From Squalus acanthias (taxonomy: Eukaryota), in contig CM059432.1 in assembly GCA_030390025.1 (NCBI GenBank), forward strand, positions 65,226,001 through 65,290,000: a stretch of DNA of 64,000 nucleotides. Direction: 5' to 3'. The stretch's first letter is position 1, and each line of letters begins with the position of its first letter. Of the stretch, positions 11,726 through 24,361 are shown in pieces. The position numbers and the translations under genes were made by a program. The notes below the pieces were generated by a model. The model ran no database searches. It was not told where the DNA came from and was given only the letters and a program-made list of their open reading frames with translations.

Positions 11726-14700
11726 GGGCTCGATTTTGCCAGTGTGGGTGGGCTGGGGCGTGTCAGGTGGGAATCGTGTCAGGACCCCGACTCCGAAGTG
11801 CAGTGTTGAAAAATTGCGATTTTCCCCTAATTAGGCAATTGATTTCCAGCATGTGCGAACCCCTGGCCCAATGAGTCTTTTCATCCAGAAAGTCGCCTCC
11901 GATGACGTCATCAATGCTGCTGGATTTAAGGCCTGCAAGCAGCTTTGCTTCTTCTGGAGACTGGAAATGCTTTGGACATTGTATGAAGGACTTCATTTAC
12001 CGACCATGTCCACCAGCAAGCAAAAGTGTGCACCTCGCTTTGATGAGCCCTCCCTCCAAGCTCTGGTGCAGGGAGAAAGATCTAATAAGGAGGTGCTCTT
12101 CCCTTCTCAGGGAGAAAAAAGCCACCCCAGCAGACTAAAGATGTGTGGCTGCAAGTGGCCGAGGAGGTCAACTCCATATCGATGAGCCGCAGAACCTGGC
12201 TGCAATGCAGGAATAGGTTTCCTGACCTTCTCCGCACAGGAAAAGTGAGTATGACTTTCCCATCACCCTCAATCTGATCCCCATCGCCTCTCCTCACCAG
12301 CATTCTGCATTGCCAACCTCTTCCTCCACATCCCACTTGACACTTACATCCCTGCACCCTTAGCCATTGCCTCTGTCTCTATGGTCACATTCACTTAACT
12401 ATTCGACCATTCAGCCCTCACACTCTCTATCACTGTGATGCAACAACAACAACAACTTACAACACACAGGGAGGGCCCTTTGTCTCCTTTGTCTTCTTCT
12501 AAGCATCTGTGCTATGGATTCTCTATACTCACTCCTTCATTCTCACTCAAACTCCACTCTCATTGCAGGAAAAGAGAGCCACAATAAAAGGGAAAGAGCC
12601 ATGACAGGAGGAGGGCCACCCTCAGTAGCCCACCTGGGAGGAGGCAGCCCTGGAAAGCGCCGGGATCGAGGAGGATTCCCAAGTGGGGGACGGACAGACG
12701 GGCGCATCACAGCAAGCTGGTTACAGAATAGTTTGGCATCTCTCTCATTGACATTGCATGAGTCACTGATAATGAATCTGATGCTCTAACAGATTGACTT
12801 ATGATCATCTGCACTATTCAATGTGCATGTAACCTTGACCTCACATCTCTAACTCTTTCCTTTACTCCCCCACAGGACCATCGAAAGCCCCCGTCCCCAC
12901 TGTCCAGGAGGAAGAGCCTGAGCTTCCAGACTCCTCAGAGGAAGCTGCAACCTCTGAGGGCGCAGCGTCAGTAGAATTCAGCGCACTCAGCACCAGCGCA
13001 GACACTCACACCTCGGTGGGACCTTCGTGAGATAGAGTAGTGTTGGCACCTGGTGTAGCACAGCTCACAAGTGAGCATCAGCAGATGGTGGAGACAGGGT
13101 CCGCAGTGAAGAGTCCTCGTCGTAGGGCGCAGGACTCTGCCAGCTCGGCTCAGCTGCATGTCGACCCTGTGCCTCTGGGTCCATCCAGAAGGAGAGCGGT
13201 GCTGGAACTCCTGGAACAGGTGCAGGAGTCTCTGGCAGGTTTTGTCTCCAGGGTCGCTGCAAGTGTGGAGCGAATGGAGGAGTCCATCGCTAACATGAGC
13301 AGAGCCTTTCTGGAGGCATTGGCGCATGAACGCATCACCGCGGAAAGGATGGCAACCTCCGTGGAAAGGATGGCTAACTCCATGGTAAGGCTGGCTACCG
13401 TAGAGGAGAGGATAGCTACGGTAGAGGAGAGGTTGGCTACGGCCATGGAGGAGCTTAGTCGCCAGAGTATGGAAAACATGGTAATTGTTCAGAATAGAAT
13501 GACATCTCTTGAGGAGCAATGGTCAGCTATTGAGCATACAAACCAGACCTTCATGGAAGTCCTCTGGAGTAGGACTTCCAGTGCAGAAACGGGTCCTCAT
13601 GGCCCCCCTGAAGTGCAGCAAGGTGCTGTCAAGCCACTTGCTAGCTCTGAAGTGGGGCTGACCCATGAGCGGGATGTTGGTGGCAGACAACAAGGAAGTG
13701 GGGGCTCCTCTCCAAGCGCTCACACGACCATGCCACTGCAGAGCCCTCGGTCAAAGCCCCACCAGAGTCCTCACCCAACTGAGATGGGCGTCTCAGCCCC
13801 TGCACAGATGCAGGAGGAGCAGACTGTTGGCGAGCCCGCACAGGTTCGCCACCCCACAGGGCGTCGAGACAGGAGCAGCAAGAAAGTGAGCAAGGGGCCT
13901 CCACATCTGCCGAAGCCACAGGGAAGCACCACGTAGGAGCATGTATAAGAGGAAGATAAAGCAGAAGTAGTCACAAGGGTAGTCACTTGGGTGCTGTTAT
14001 GTTTTGTATTTGGACCAGCCATCATTGTCATTGTATTATAAACAGATTTGATGGCAAACTGTTGAAGTTGTGGCCTGTGTCATTTCGCAAATGGGACTTT
14101 CACATTGAGGGCTTAGGGTGCCTTGCAATTGTCAGTATGGTGGTCAGAGTGACAGGAATCCGTAGGTTCTTGTCCATTGTCGATGCTCTGGTAAGAAGTT
14201 GCGAGACAAAAGTGTTTGATTGTGCAGGCTAACCAAATCTGGCCAAGTTGAGTGCGTCCCTTGCATCCTGGGCAGCAATGTTGTCGCGCGCTGGCGCCTT
14301 CTGGCCTGTGCAGCTTCAGGTGGGTGACTAGCAGCTTGGCGCTCCTGTTGATGCTGCTGATGTTCATGGTTCTGCTGCTCCTGCGGCTGGTCTTCGTCCG
14401 AATCTGATGCCCAGGAGGAAAGGAATTAAATGGTCGCCATGCTTCTGGTATATACCTCAGTTGAGGAAGTCAAGGAGGGGAGAGGGGTTTCCCAGGAAGT
14501 CACACTGGAGATGGGTGTCAGGCTCCAAACTTCCACAACAATGAGTAGGCCTGCTAAAAGTTCACCCAGACCTGAGACAACAAAGTTCTGCCACCTGCAA
14601 ATGATCATCGGTGAAAACTCCTTTGTAATGGTGGAGCTGTAGCTGTACGTAAGCAATCCACTTGTGAGGCCGCCAGGATTACCTGGCATGTTCCAGAGGA

Positions 14701-14964
14701 GGCGTGTAGGATGGGGGAAATGTCTAAAAATTGGAAAGGCCTCTCAAAATGGGATAATAGAGGCAATTAAGTGATTATTAAGGGCCTTAAAGGCCTATCC
14801 CGCCTCTTGGAGGCGGGATGGAAATGGGGTCAGAAAACATGCTTGTGGGAAAATTGCTCAGAGGCGGGATGGAGGCGGGATCAGGCCTGCTGGCCATTTT
14901 TTTGCGATTTTACCACCTCCCACGCCTTCAAACCCGTCTCCTCGTGCTTGGCAAAATTGAGCCC
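11726..14964. mobile_element. Harbinger deletion derivative (family B, 3239 bp): Myb/coiled-coil gene on +, only a C-terminal transposase scrap on -
   Basis: TIRs GGGCTCGATTTTGCCA / TGGCAAAATTGAGCCC; TSD TTT; inserted in CR1. Myb exons 12006-12244, 12569-~12719, 12876-13936, with frameshifts and a TGA at 13028. Confidence 0.9.
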
Positions 14965-17180
14965 TTTGTGTCTCCTCATAACCTGCTTTCCCACCTATCT
15001 TTGTATCGTCAGCAAATTTGGCTACAGTACACTCGGTCTCTTCATCCAAGTCATTAATATAGATTGTAAATAGTTGAGGCCCCAGCACTGATCCCTGTGG
15101 CACCCCACTAGTTACAGTTTGCCAACCTGAAAATGACCCATTTATCCCGACTCTCTGTTTTCTGTTAGTTAGCCAATCCTCTATCTATGCTAATATTTTA
15201 CCCCCAACACCATGAGCTCTTATCTTGTGCAGTAACCTTTTATGTGGCACCTTATCGAATGCCTTTTGGAAATCCAAATACACTACATCTACTGGTTCCC
15301 CTTTATCCATCCTGCTCGTTACATCCTCAAAGAACTCTATGTTTCTAATAAATTTGTCAAACATGATTTCCCTTTCATAAAACCATGGAGACTCTGCTTG
15401 ATTGTATTATGATTTTCTAAATGTCCTGCTATTACTTCCTTAATAATGGATTCCAACTTTTTCCCAATCACAGATGTTAGGCTAACTGGTCTATAGTTTT
15501 GTGCTTTCTGTCTCCCTCCATTCTTGAATATGGGTGTTACATTTACGGTTTTCCAATCCGCTGGGACCTTTCCAGAGTCTAGGGAATTTTGGAAGATTAC
15601 AACCAATGCATCTACTATCTCTGCAGCCACTTTTTTTAAGACCCTAGGATGCAGGCCATCAGGTTCAGGGGATTTGTTAGCCTTTAATCCCATTAGTTTG
15701 CCTAGTACTTTTTCTCTACTGATAGTGATTGTTTTAAGTTCCTCCCTCCCTTTTGCCCTTGATTTTCCACTATTATTGGGATGCTTTTAGTGTCTTCTAC
15801 CGTGAAGACAGATAAAAAATATTTGTTCAAAGTCTCTGCCATGTCCTTGTTTCCCATTATTAATTCCCCAGTCTCATCCTCTAAGGGACCAATGGTTACT
15901 TTAGCTACTCTCTTCCTTTTTATATACTTGTAGAAGCTCTTACTGTCTGTGTTTATATTTCTTGCTAGTTTACTCTCATAATCTATTTTCTCCCTCTTTA
16001 TATTTTTTTAGTCTTCCTTTGCAAGTTTCTAAAAATTTCCCAATCTTCTGGCCTACCACTAATCTTTGCAACATTGTATGCCTTTTCTTTCAATTTGATA
16101 CCCTCCTTAACTTCCTTAGTAAGCCACGGATGGTTCATCCTTCTCATAGAGTCTTCCTTTCTCGCTGGAATATATCATTGTTGAGAGTTATGAAATATTT
16201 CCTTAAAAGTTTGCCACTGCTTATCTACAGTCTTAGCTTTTAATCTATTTTCCCAGTCCACTTTAGCCAACTCTGTCTTCATACCCTTGTAATTATCTTT
16301 ATTTAAGTTTAAGACACTAGTTGGAGACCCAAGTTTCTCACCCTCAAACTGAATGTGAAATTCTATCATGTTATGATCACTCTTCTCTAGAAGATCCTTT
16401 ACTATGAGATCATTAATTAATCCTGTCTCATTACACATTACCAGATCTAAAATAGCCTGTTTTCTGGTTGGTTCCACAATGTATTGTTCTAAGAAACTGT
16501 CCTGAATACACTCTATGAACTTGTCCTCAAGGCTACCTTTGCCAATTTGATTTGTCCAAAATGTATGAAGATTAAAATCGCCCACGATTATTGCAGTACC
16601 TTTCTTACAAGCCCCCATTATTTCTTGATTTATACTCTGTCCCACAGTGTTGCTCCTGTTAGGGGCTCTATAGACTACTCCCACCAGTGACTTCTTTCCC
16701 TTATTATTTCTTATCTCCACGCAAACTGATTCTACATCTTGATCTTCCGAGCCAAGATAATTTCTCACTACTGTACTGATCTCATCTTTATTAACAGTGC
16801 TACCCCACCTCCTTTTCCTTTCTGCTTATCCTTCCGAAATGTCAAATACCCCTGAATATTCAGTTCCCAGCCTTGGTCACCTTGCAGCCACGTCTCTGTA
16901 ATGGCGATCAGATCATAGCCATTTATTTCTATTTGTGCCATCAATTCATCTATCTTGTGCCGAATGCTGTGTGCATTCAGATAAAGAGCCTTTAATTTTG
17001 CCTTTTTACCATTTTTCCCTACTCTGACCCTATTTGCTGGTGCACTCTTATGCTTGTACGCTCTGTCCCTTTCTGTCACACTCTGGTTATCATAACCCCT
17101 ATCGCTACCCTGCACTATTGCCTTGTCCTTTCTCTTTAACTTTCTAAGTTTCCCCTCACCTGAAGCCTCCCCCCAACAAT

Positions 17181-17657
17181 TTAGTTTAAAGCCCTATCTA
17201 CAGCCCTAGTTATTCGAGTCGCCAGGACACTGGTCCCAGCACGGTTTAAGTGAAGCCCGTTCCAACGGAACAGCTCCCTCTTTCCCCAGTACTGGTGCCA
17301 GTGCCCCATGAATCGAAACCCATTTCTCCCACACCTCTTCTTGAGCCACGCATTCAAGTCTCTGATCTTATTGATCCTATGCCAATTTGCTCGTGGCTGA
17401 GGTAGTAATCCAGAGATTATTACCTTTGTGGTTCTGCTTTTTAATTTAGCCCCTAGCTGCTCATACTCACTCAGCAGAACCTCTTTCTTAGTCCTACCTA
17501 TGTTGTTGGTACCTACATGGATCACGACAACTGGATCCTTCCCCTTCCACTCCAAGTTCCTCTCCAGCCCCAAGGAGATGTCCTTAACCCTGACACCAGG
17601 CAGGCAACACAGCCTTCGGGACTCACACTCTCAGCTGCAGAGAACAGTATCTATCCC
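17181..17657 (-). pseudogene. CR1 ORF1 SGNH esterase-like domain (5'-truncated)
   Basis: VVVIHVGTNNI...VIISGLLP...LNAWL..C...GFRF..HW...NGLHLN, matching the GTND and DGLH motifs of CR1 ORF1 esterases (both Asp read as Asn here). Confidence 0.8.
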
Positions 17658-17678
17658 CAGCATTTGTGGAGAGAGAAA

Positions 17679-17720
17679 CAGAGTTAACGTTTCAGGTCGA
17701 TGACCTTTCATCAGAACTGG
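17679..17720 (-). ncRNA. Putative minimal type I hammerhead ribozyme (inverted copy)
   Basis: Minus strand reads AGTT-CTGATGA-A-AGGTC(ATC)GACCT-GAAAC-GTT^AACT with a perfect 5-bp stem II. Confidence 0.68.
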
Positions 17721-17982
17721 GGAAAGTTAGAGATGTAACAGGTTTTCAGAGAGCAGCTGTTGGTAATAATTCTGCTATTCCCATTTACACCTCCTTTTGA
17801 TCCATCTATAGTTTCTTTACTTATCCCATTACCATCTCCTTTTGCCTCGCACCATCATCCCTTTTGTCATTTAATCTCTCCTGCCTTCCAGCTTATCACA
17901 GACCTTCACTTTTGTTCTTTCCTCCCCTCCCCCTTAACCTGCCTCTGTACTTGTTTAAAACCTGTTACATTTCTAACTTTTT

Positions 17983-18024
17983 CCAGTTCTGACGAAAGGT
18001 CATCGACTTGAAACGTTAACTCTG
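17983..18024 (+). ncRNA. Putative minimal type I hammerhead ribozyme
   Basis: AGTT-CTGACGA-A-AGGTC(ATC)GACTT-GAAAC-GTT^AACT: core CUGANGA and GAAA, stem II, palindromic ACGU stem III, stem I AGTT/AACT. Confidence 0.65.
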
Positions 18025-18025
18025 T

Positions 18026-21000
18026 GGGCTTGATTTTAATAGCCCTGAGGAGACGGGTTTGAAGGCGGGTCTGTTGGGAAAATCAGGAAAAATGGCTTCA
18101 GACATCCAACCCGACTCCATCCTGCCCCCACCCGATTTTCCTGACTGTCTGTTTATCCGCTCCCAAACTGACCCGTCTCCAACCGGTGGGACAGGTAGTT
18201 AAAGCAGTTAACAGTCTGTTAACTCCCTTGCTAATCCTATTTACATAGTGGTTTCCCATTTTCCTGCTTCTGGCTCCTGTTTCCCAACTTGTCAGAAACA
18301 GGCCAGGTTCAAGGAGACGAGTTGCTAGAGGACATGATTTGTCTTTATTGGTGGAGCACTTTAACAGCGTCCCTGAAACATGACCGACATTCAAATGCAA
18401 CAACTTTGCTGTTGTCAGTATGGGATAACATTTTGCACCTCTACTGACCTTCTGACTGTTCAAGTTGGCACCCATCTGCAGTGTGTCATGAATGGAATAA
18501 TTTCAGGCCACTTCGACTGTGCGCTTGCAAGATTGTTACCTCAAATGAAATCTATAGCAAGGGGATGGGAAACATTTATGCCCTCTCATCCTGGTCCTCA
18601 TAATCGGGGGAGTAGCAGCCACGTGGCTCAGCACAGATCTTCCTGGGAAGAGGAGTAGGAGGAGGATGAAGGGAGCCTTGCATGCCCTGTTGTGACCAAT
18701 GCAGCATCCCTCCAGTTCACTGCTGCCCATCAAGCAGGGTATGCACACTGCCATGCCACACTACCATAAGCTTACTCTTCAACCATGGGTGGCCACCATA
18801 TGGCTCTGTAATTGCAGGCAACACTTGTCCAACGTCATACTTCATCTCTGCTGTACGCCGTTATTTCCTATCACTTTTACCATCAGCATTACAAATGCAA
18901 GTCGACCCTGAGCCCTAAATGCGTTTTTGCCATTTCCCATAACACATAGGCCACACAATCAACTGTTTGACATAATTTACCTTTAACACATGACAAAAGG
19001 ATAATATACCAGCAAGAGCCAGAAAAAAAAGAAATATCACCCAAGTGAGTCCCCTTGTGACTATAGGTGCTTAATCTTTCTCTTACACGTGCTTCTATGT
19101 GGTGCTTCCCCTGTGGCTTCAGCAGATGTAGAGGCACCTTGCTGATTAGGATGCTGCGCCTGCTTAGACACCTTTGGCGGGCATCCTCTGGGTTTGGGAG
19201 CCTGGGAGGGCTCTTCAACAGTCTGCTCTTCCTGCAGCTGTGCAGGGGCTGAAACGGCCATCTCAGTTGTCTCTGCAAAGTGGGTCTCTGACCGAGGGCT
19301 CCACAGTGGCATGGTTGTGTGAGCGCTTTGAGAGGAGCCCACACTTCCTTCTGTCCTGCCAACAACATCCCTCTCATGGGTCAGCTGCACCTCAGTACTG
19401 GCAAGTGGCAGGAGAGCACCTTGCTGCACTTCAGGGGGACCATGAGGACCTGTATCTGCACTGGCAGTCCTCCTCAAAAGGACGTCCATGAAGCTCAATA
19501 GCTGCCCATCGCTCCTCCAGAGATGTCATTCTATTCTGAACAGTCACCATGTTTTCCTGACTCTGGCGACTTCTTTCCTCCATGGCGGTAGCCATCCTTT
19601 CCACGGAGGTATCCATCCTTTCTACGGAGGTTGCCATCTTATCCATGGTGGTGCGTTCATGCGCCATTGCCTCCACCATGGCAGTGCTGATGTTAGAGAT
19701 GGACTCCTCCATTCTCTCCACACTCGCACTAACCCTGGAGGCAAACCCTTCCAGACACACCTGCACTTGTTCCTGTCTTTCACGAACTGCTCTTTTTCTG
19801 GATGGCCCCAGAGGCACAGCATCTGCATGCCGAGGACTCTCCACTGCTGTCGCTGTCTCCACCATCTGCTGATGCTCACTTGTGCGCTGTGATAGACCAG
19901 GTGGCAACACTACTCTAACTCGCGATGGCCCCACCGAGGTGTGTGTTGCTGCGCTGGTGCTGGGTGCGCTGAGTACTGGTGACGCTGGTCCCTCAGAGGC
20001 TTCAGGTTCCTCTGAGGAGTTGTCTGGGTCTTCGTCCTGGATCGTGGGGAGGGGGGCGCTCGATGGTCCTGTGGGAGAGTAAAGGCTTGAATTAGACATC
20101 TGATATTGATGTAGCAGACACATCCTTTTGAGCAGATGATACAAAGTGATTCTCTATGAACATCATATTCCATTGCTTTCTGAGAGGGATGAAACTCTAT
20201 TATGTCACCAGCTTCCTCTAGTGTGCCCGTCTCTCCATCGCCCACTTCCAGGTCTTCGCCACCTCCAACAATCTCGTTTGCTGCCTCCTCAGCACTGGTC
20301 AATGTTGCAAGGGTAGGTGTTCTTCCTCCAGTCATTGCTCTCTCCCTCTTATTGTGGGCTATCTTTTCCTGCAAGGAGGTGTTTCAGCCACAGTGATGGA
20401 GTGAGTGTGATTAATCCCTACCATAGAAGATTTGAAGCAGACGAAGATGTGGTAAGGTGCCAAGAGGAAGCTAGCTCCCTGTGCGTTGTTAGTTGTTGTC
20501 ACTGCACGACAGTGAGGGCGAGTCTAAGGGGTTCATAGGCAGGATGCTGAAGTGATTCAGTGCAGAGACAGAGATGGATAGGTAAGGGTGCAAGGGAAGT
20601 AAGGGTAAGGTGAGGTGTGAAGGAGGAGGCTTACAACGCAGAGTCCTGGTGATGAGAAGAGAAGGGAAGCAGAGTGAAGGCAAGTGTGCTGGGATACTCA
20701 CTTTTGATGTTCTCACAAGATCATTAAACCTTTTTTGGCACTGGATCCATGACCGTGCATAAATGGACCTTGCGCTCACCTCCTGAGCAATGCGCAGCCA
20801 GGCTGCCTTGGTCTGCTGAGGAGACTTCCTCCAGCCATCAGGCGGGAAGAGAATCTCCCTGCGCCCTCTGACAGCATCCACAAGAACTTGGAGGGACTCA
20901 TCATTAAACTGAGGAGCTGCCTTGCCTCTGGAAGAAGTTATAGCATTTAAATCAAGTGCAGGAAACCACAATAGAAAGGCTCAGGCTGGATGGCAGCTCT

Positions 21001-21203
21001 AAAAGCAGCTGCTATTATGATGTCATCAGAGGCGGCCAGCCGACCCGATCCCACTCATTGGACCGGCCAGCACGCCTCCATGAAATTAACAAGCTAGTTT
21101 AATAAAAATCGCAACTCTGCAGCTGTTCCCACCGGAAGCAGCTCCCGAACCCGCCCACCATGCAACCCGACTCCAACTCGCCTTGGGTATTAAAATCGAG
21201 CCC
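18026..21203. mobile_element. Harbinger deletion derivative (family B, 3178 bp): Myb/coiled-coil gene on -, transposase largely deleted
   Basis: TIRs GGGCTTGATTTTAATA / TATTAAAATCGAGCCC; TSD TGT. Myb exons ~20941-20702, 20368-20209, 20068-~19061 (APQFNDESLQVLVDAV..RREILF...W..IA..V...RSWIQCQKRFNDL); start appears mutated to ATA; frameshift near 19495. Confidence 0.9.
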
Positions 21204-21439
21204 TGTTTCTCTCTCCACAGATGCTGCCTGACCTGCTGAGTATTTCCAGCATTTTCTGTTTTTATTTCAGCCTTTCAGCATCTGCAGTATTTTGAAATGG
21301 AGCTGCCTAAAATCTTTAAGAGAATAAATAAAACATAGGAAATGATAAAAAAATCATCAAGAATCTTGATTGTTATGACATTATTTATTTTCAATGAGTT
21401 CCGAACTTCAGTAGTTTAATGGTCATGAAAGTTTCTTCC

Positions 21440-21778
21440 TATAGATAGAGAGAAACTGTTCCCATCGGTGGAAGGGTCGAGAACCAGAGAACACAGATTT
21501 AAGGTGATTGGCAAAAGAGCCAAAGGCGACATGAGGAAAAACTTTTTTGCGCAGCGAGTGGTTAGGATCTGGAATGCATTGCCTGAAAGGGTGGTGGAGG
21601 TAGACTCAAACACGGCTTTCAAAAGGGAATTGGATAAGTACCTGAAAAAATTTTTTTGCAGGTCTACAGGGAAAGGGCGGGGGAGTGGGACTAGCTGAAG
21701 TGCTCTTGCAGAGAGCCGGCACGGGCTCGACATGCCGAATGGCCTCCTTCTGTGCTGTAACCATTCTATGATTCTATG
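21440..21778 (+). mobile_element. CR1 LINE 3' fragment
   Basis: SRTR.HRFK...RKNFFAQRVVRIWNALP C-terminus and (ATTCTATG)n tail. Confidence 0.85.
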
Positions 21779-22679
21779 GTTGCCAGCCTTCTTTGTATGT
21801 GAAAATTTCTGGCCAGTAAAATAAATTACATTGATTATAAATGATTTCCTGAATGAAGATGTGAGGATCGATGGAAGAATGTTTATTATGTGTTGAGTGG
21901 TGACAGTCTGGTTGCTGAATTGGAACCAATATTCTGTGCAGCTTTGCAGGTTTGCAAGGAAGATTTAACAATCCTTAATTTCAGAACTCTATTATTGTCC
22001 ACAGTAGGTTATTGTGTTCTTATTGCTTGAATACATTTGTCTGCAGTGGAAGCAGTGGTTGCCAGTATACATTATCTGTTATATGTGGCAATTTATTCCA
22101 GGCGCAGAAATACTCTTATGTTTTCTTCTGTGAAAAATACATTTTAACATTTATATTTTATAGAAAATAGAATTGTTATTCAGATTTCTACCCATTGAGT
22201 CAGGCACTTTTAAGAGAGAAACTGAGTCTCAAGTGCTATACGATTCTTTTGATGGCTTATCGAGTACAGGAAACAATTGCCATAGACTGATGAGCCAAAT
22301 CCCATTGCTCCGACTTGATTGAAACAAGCTGTTCAGACCACAAGTGGTGAGAGATGTGTTCAACTTCAAATAATAAAAGATTTATTGGTGTTAGATTTAA
22401 TAGTTTTCTTCTTTTTAATGGTATAAGTTTGCACAACTTAATGGAGTGTTTGAGCCCGGTACAATCCTTTCTGTCACGCATTAAAACGTTGCAACTCACA
22501 CACATTACATTTCAGATCTATCACCAATCATACTTGCCTTGTACATGGTTCACCAAAAACGTGAACCATGTATAAGAGAATGCCCCTATTTTCCAGCTGA
22601 AAAAAATCTATGACTGATTTACAAGATGTATCTTCAGTCACCGCATGGAATTTGAATTTAGTATACAATGGTTGCTCCT

Positions 22680-23047
22680 TATAAGAACATAGGAAATAGG
22701 AGCAGGAGTAGGCCATTTGGCCCTTCGAGCCTGCTCTGCCATTCAATAAGATAATGGCTGATCTTCTACTGCATCTCCACTTTCCTGCACTATCCCCATA
22801 TCCCTTGATTCCCTTAATATTCAAAAATCTATCGATCGCTGTCTCGAATAGACTCAACGACTGAGACTCCACAGCACTCTCGGGTAGAGAATTCCAAAGA
22901 TTCACCACCCTATGAGTGAAGAAATTTCTCCTCATCTCAGTCCTAAATGGCTAACCCCCTATTCTGAGACTGTGACCCCTGGTTCTAGACTCCCCAGCCA
23001 GGGGAAACATCCTCCCTGCATCTACCCTGTCAAGTCCTGTAAGAATA
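22680..23047 (-). mobile_element. CR1 LINE 3' fragment
   Basis: MRRNFFTHRVVNLWNSLP; 3' UTR same type as 6486-6869. Confidence 0.9.
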
Positions 23048-24361
23048 ATCTACCACTGTAATAATATACAGCCAGAGACTGGGAGCCCAAGAAAGGGCAA
23101 CAGCAGAGTGGGAGTCTGAGAGCAGGAGTGCATTGAAACTGTGGGCTGCTACCAGCCACCAATTGCCATCCCTCCTGGACACACTGTGGCCATGGCGCCG
23201 ATGACCCAGACGGCTAACTTTGGTCCTCTTCAGATCTAGTGTACAGCCTCATGAGGCACGATGAGTACCCCCAGCACACCTGATGATGCAAGAGGACCAA
23301 TTCTGTGTGGTCCTTTTGCGCATCTGCTTCCGCACAACAGTTTATGCCCGAATTCAGGTGCGAACCAATAACTTCGCTTTTTATTTATAACTGATTGTTT
23401 TTCCTTTGTACTGCTTTATTCATCACATTTCTATAAACCAGTTGGAATGACAGACCAAGCAGGTTAGTTGTGGTGACTCCACAAGCAACTGCTAGAAGTG
23501 CACTGACATAAAGAAGACGGGGATATTCAAATCTAACTAAGTTTGGAAATGCTCTTCAATCTCACATTTTTGGGATTTATAAATAAATCTTTAGCACGAT
23601 GGCAATAGGCATCTGGCCAGATTTTCCTGCAATGACGAGATTGGCAAATCAGCCACTCAGAACCAATCTAAGAGCTGAAGTGATGGCATATTCATCATTG
23701 GGAGCCGCAGGAGGGTATCAGTAAATGGAAGTGCAAATTCTTAAATAAACTTTAATCTACAATTAAGCTTTGTATCAAACACTGACCTCCTGCTAAAATA
23801 CTCACATGCCCATGACAGAAAAATCAAGGAAAATAATTAACTCGGTTAAATAAACAAAATAAATGACTAAATAAACAAATGAGTAATAACGGCATTGGTT
23901 CCTTTGTGATTTGAGGCAGATGAAACTTTCTCAGGATAGTCATCGTCACAAAATTATAGGAACAACCTTCCACGTAAGGCATAAGTAACAATGTGGAATA
24001 CAATTGGATTTTGGCTCTCCATTTTCCATACCGACCTTGGAGCAATAAATCATGCCACTGTCAGGCTACCAGCGCAATTATTTTTAAGTCTTAAGTGACA
24101 GCAGAGTGAAATCTGACAAAAATGCATGAAAATAGCAATCGCCATTGATTTAAATGGGTGCAGGGCTATGATAATTCTGATTTTTTTTGCTGAGAGTAAC
24201 GGCGGAGTGGCATAAAAGTCACAGGAAAATATGGAGTGGCATAATTAATGGTGTAAGTCACTTACTCCATCATTTCCTCTTTCTTTTGCACCGTTCAAGG
24301 GTCCCCATGACATAGATGTTCCATTACAACAGTAAAAGTCCCTAGGAAAATCTGAGCCATT

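Larger units (their letters stand above)
6486..17657 (-). mobile_element. Near full-length CR1 LINE (ORF1 esterase, ORF2 APE endonuclease plus RT, 3' tail), interrupted by two Harbingers
   Basis: 3' (TTCTTATG)n tail at 6486-6510. Segments 6486-6869, 11214-11725 and 14965-17657 join seamlessly across the TSDs. RT motifs PQGSVLGP/FADD; APE motifs YLNA.SI..K/AITETW; multiple stops and frameshifts. Confidence 0.92.
17658..21295. mobile_element. Penelope-type terminal element with inverted arms (17658-18025 plus 21204-21295), split by a Harbinger
   Basis: Arm 17658-17746 is the reverse complement of 17957-18025 plus 21207-21225. Pyrimidine-rich spacer; a hammerhead-like core in each arm. Confidence 0.7.
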
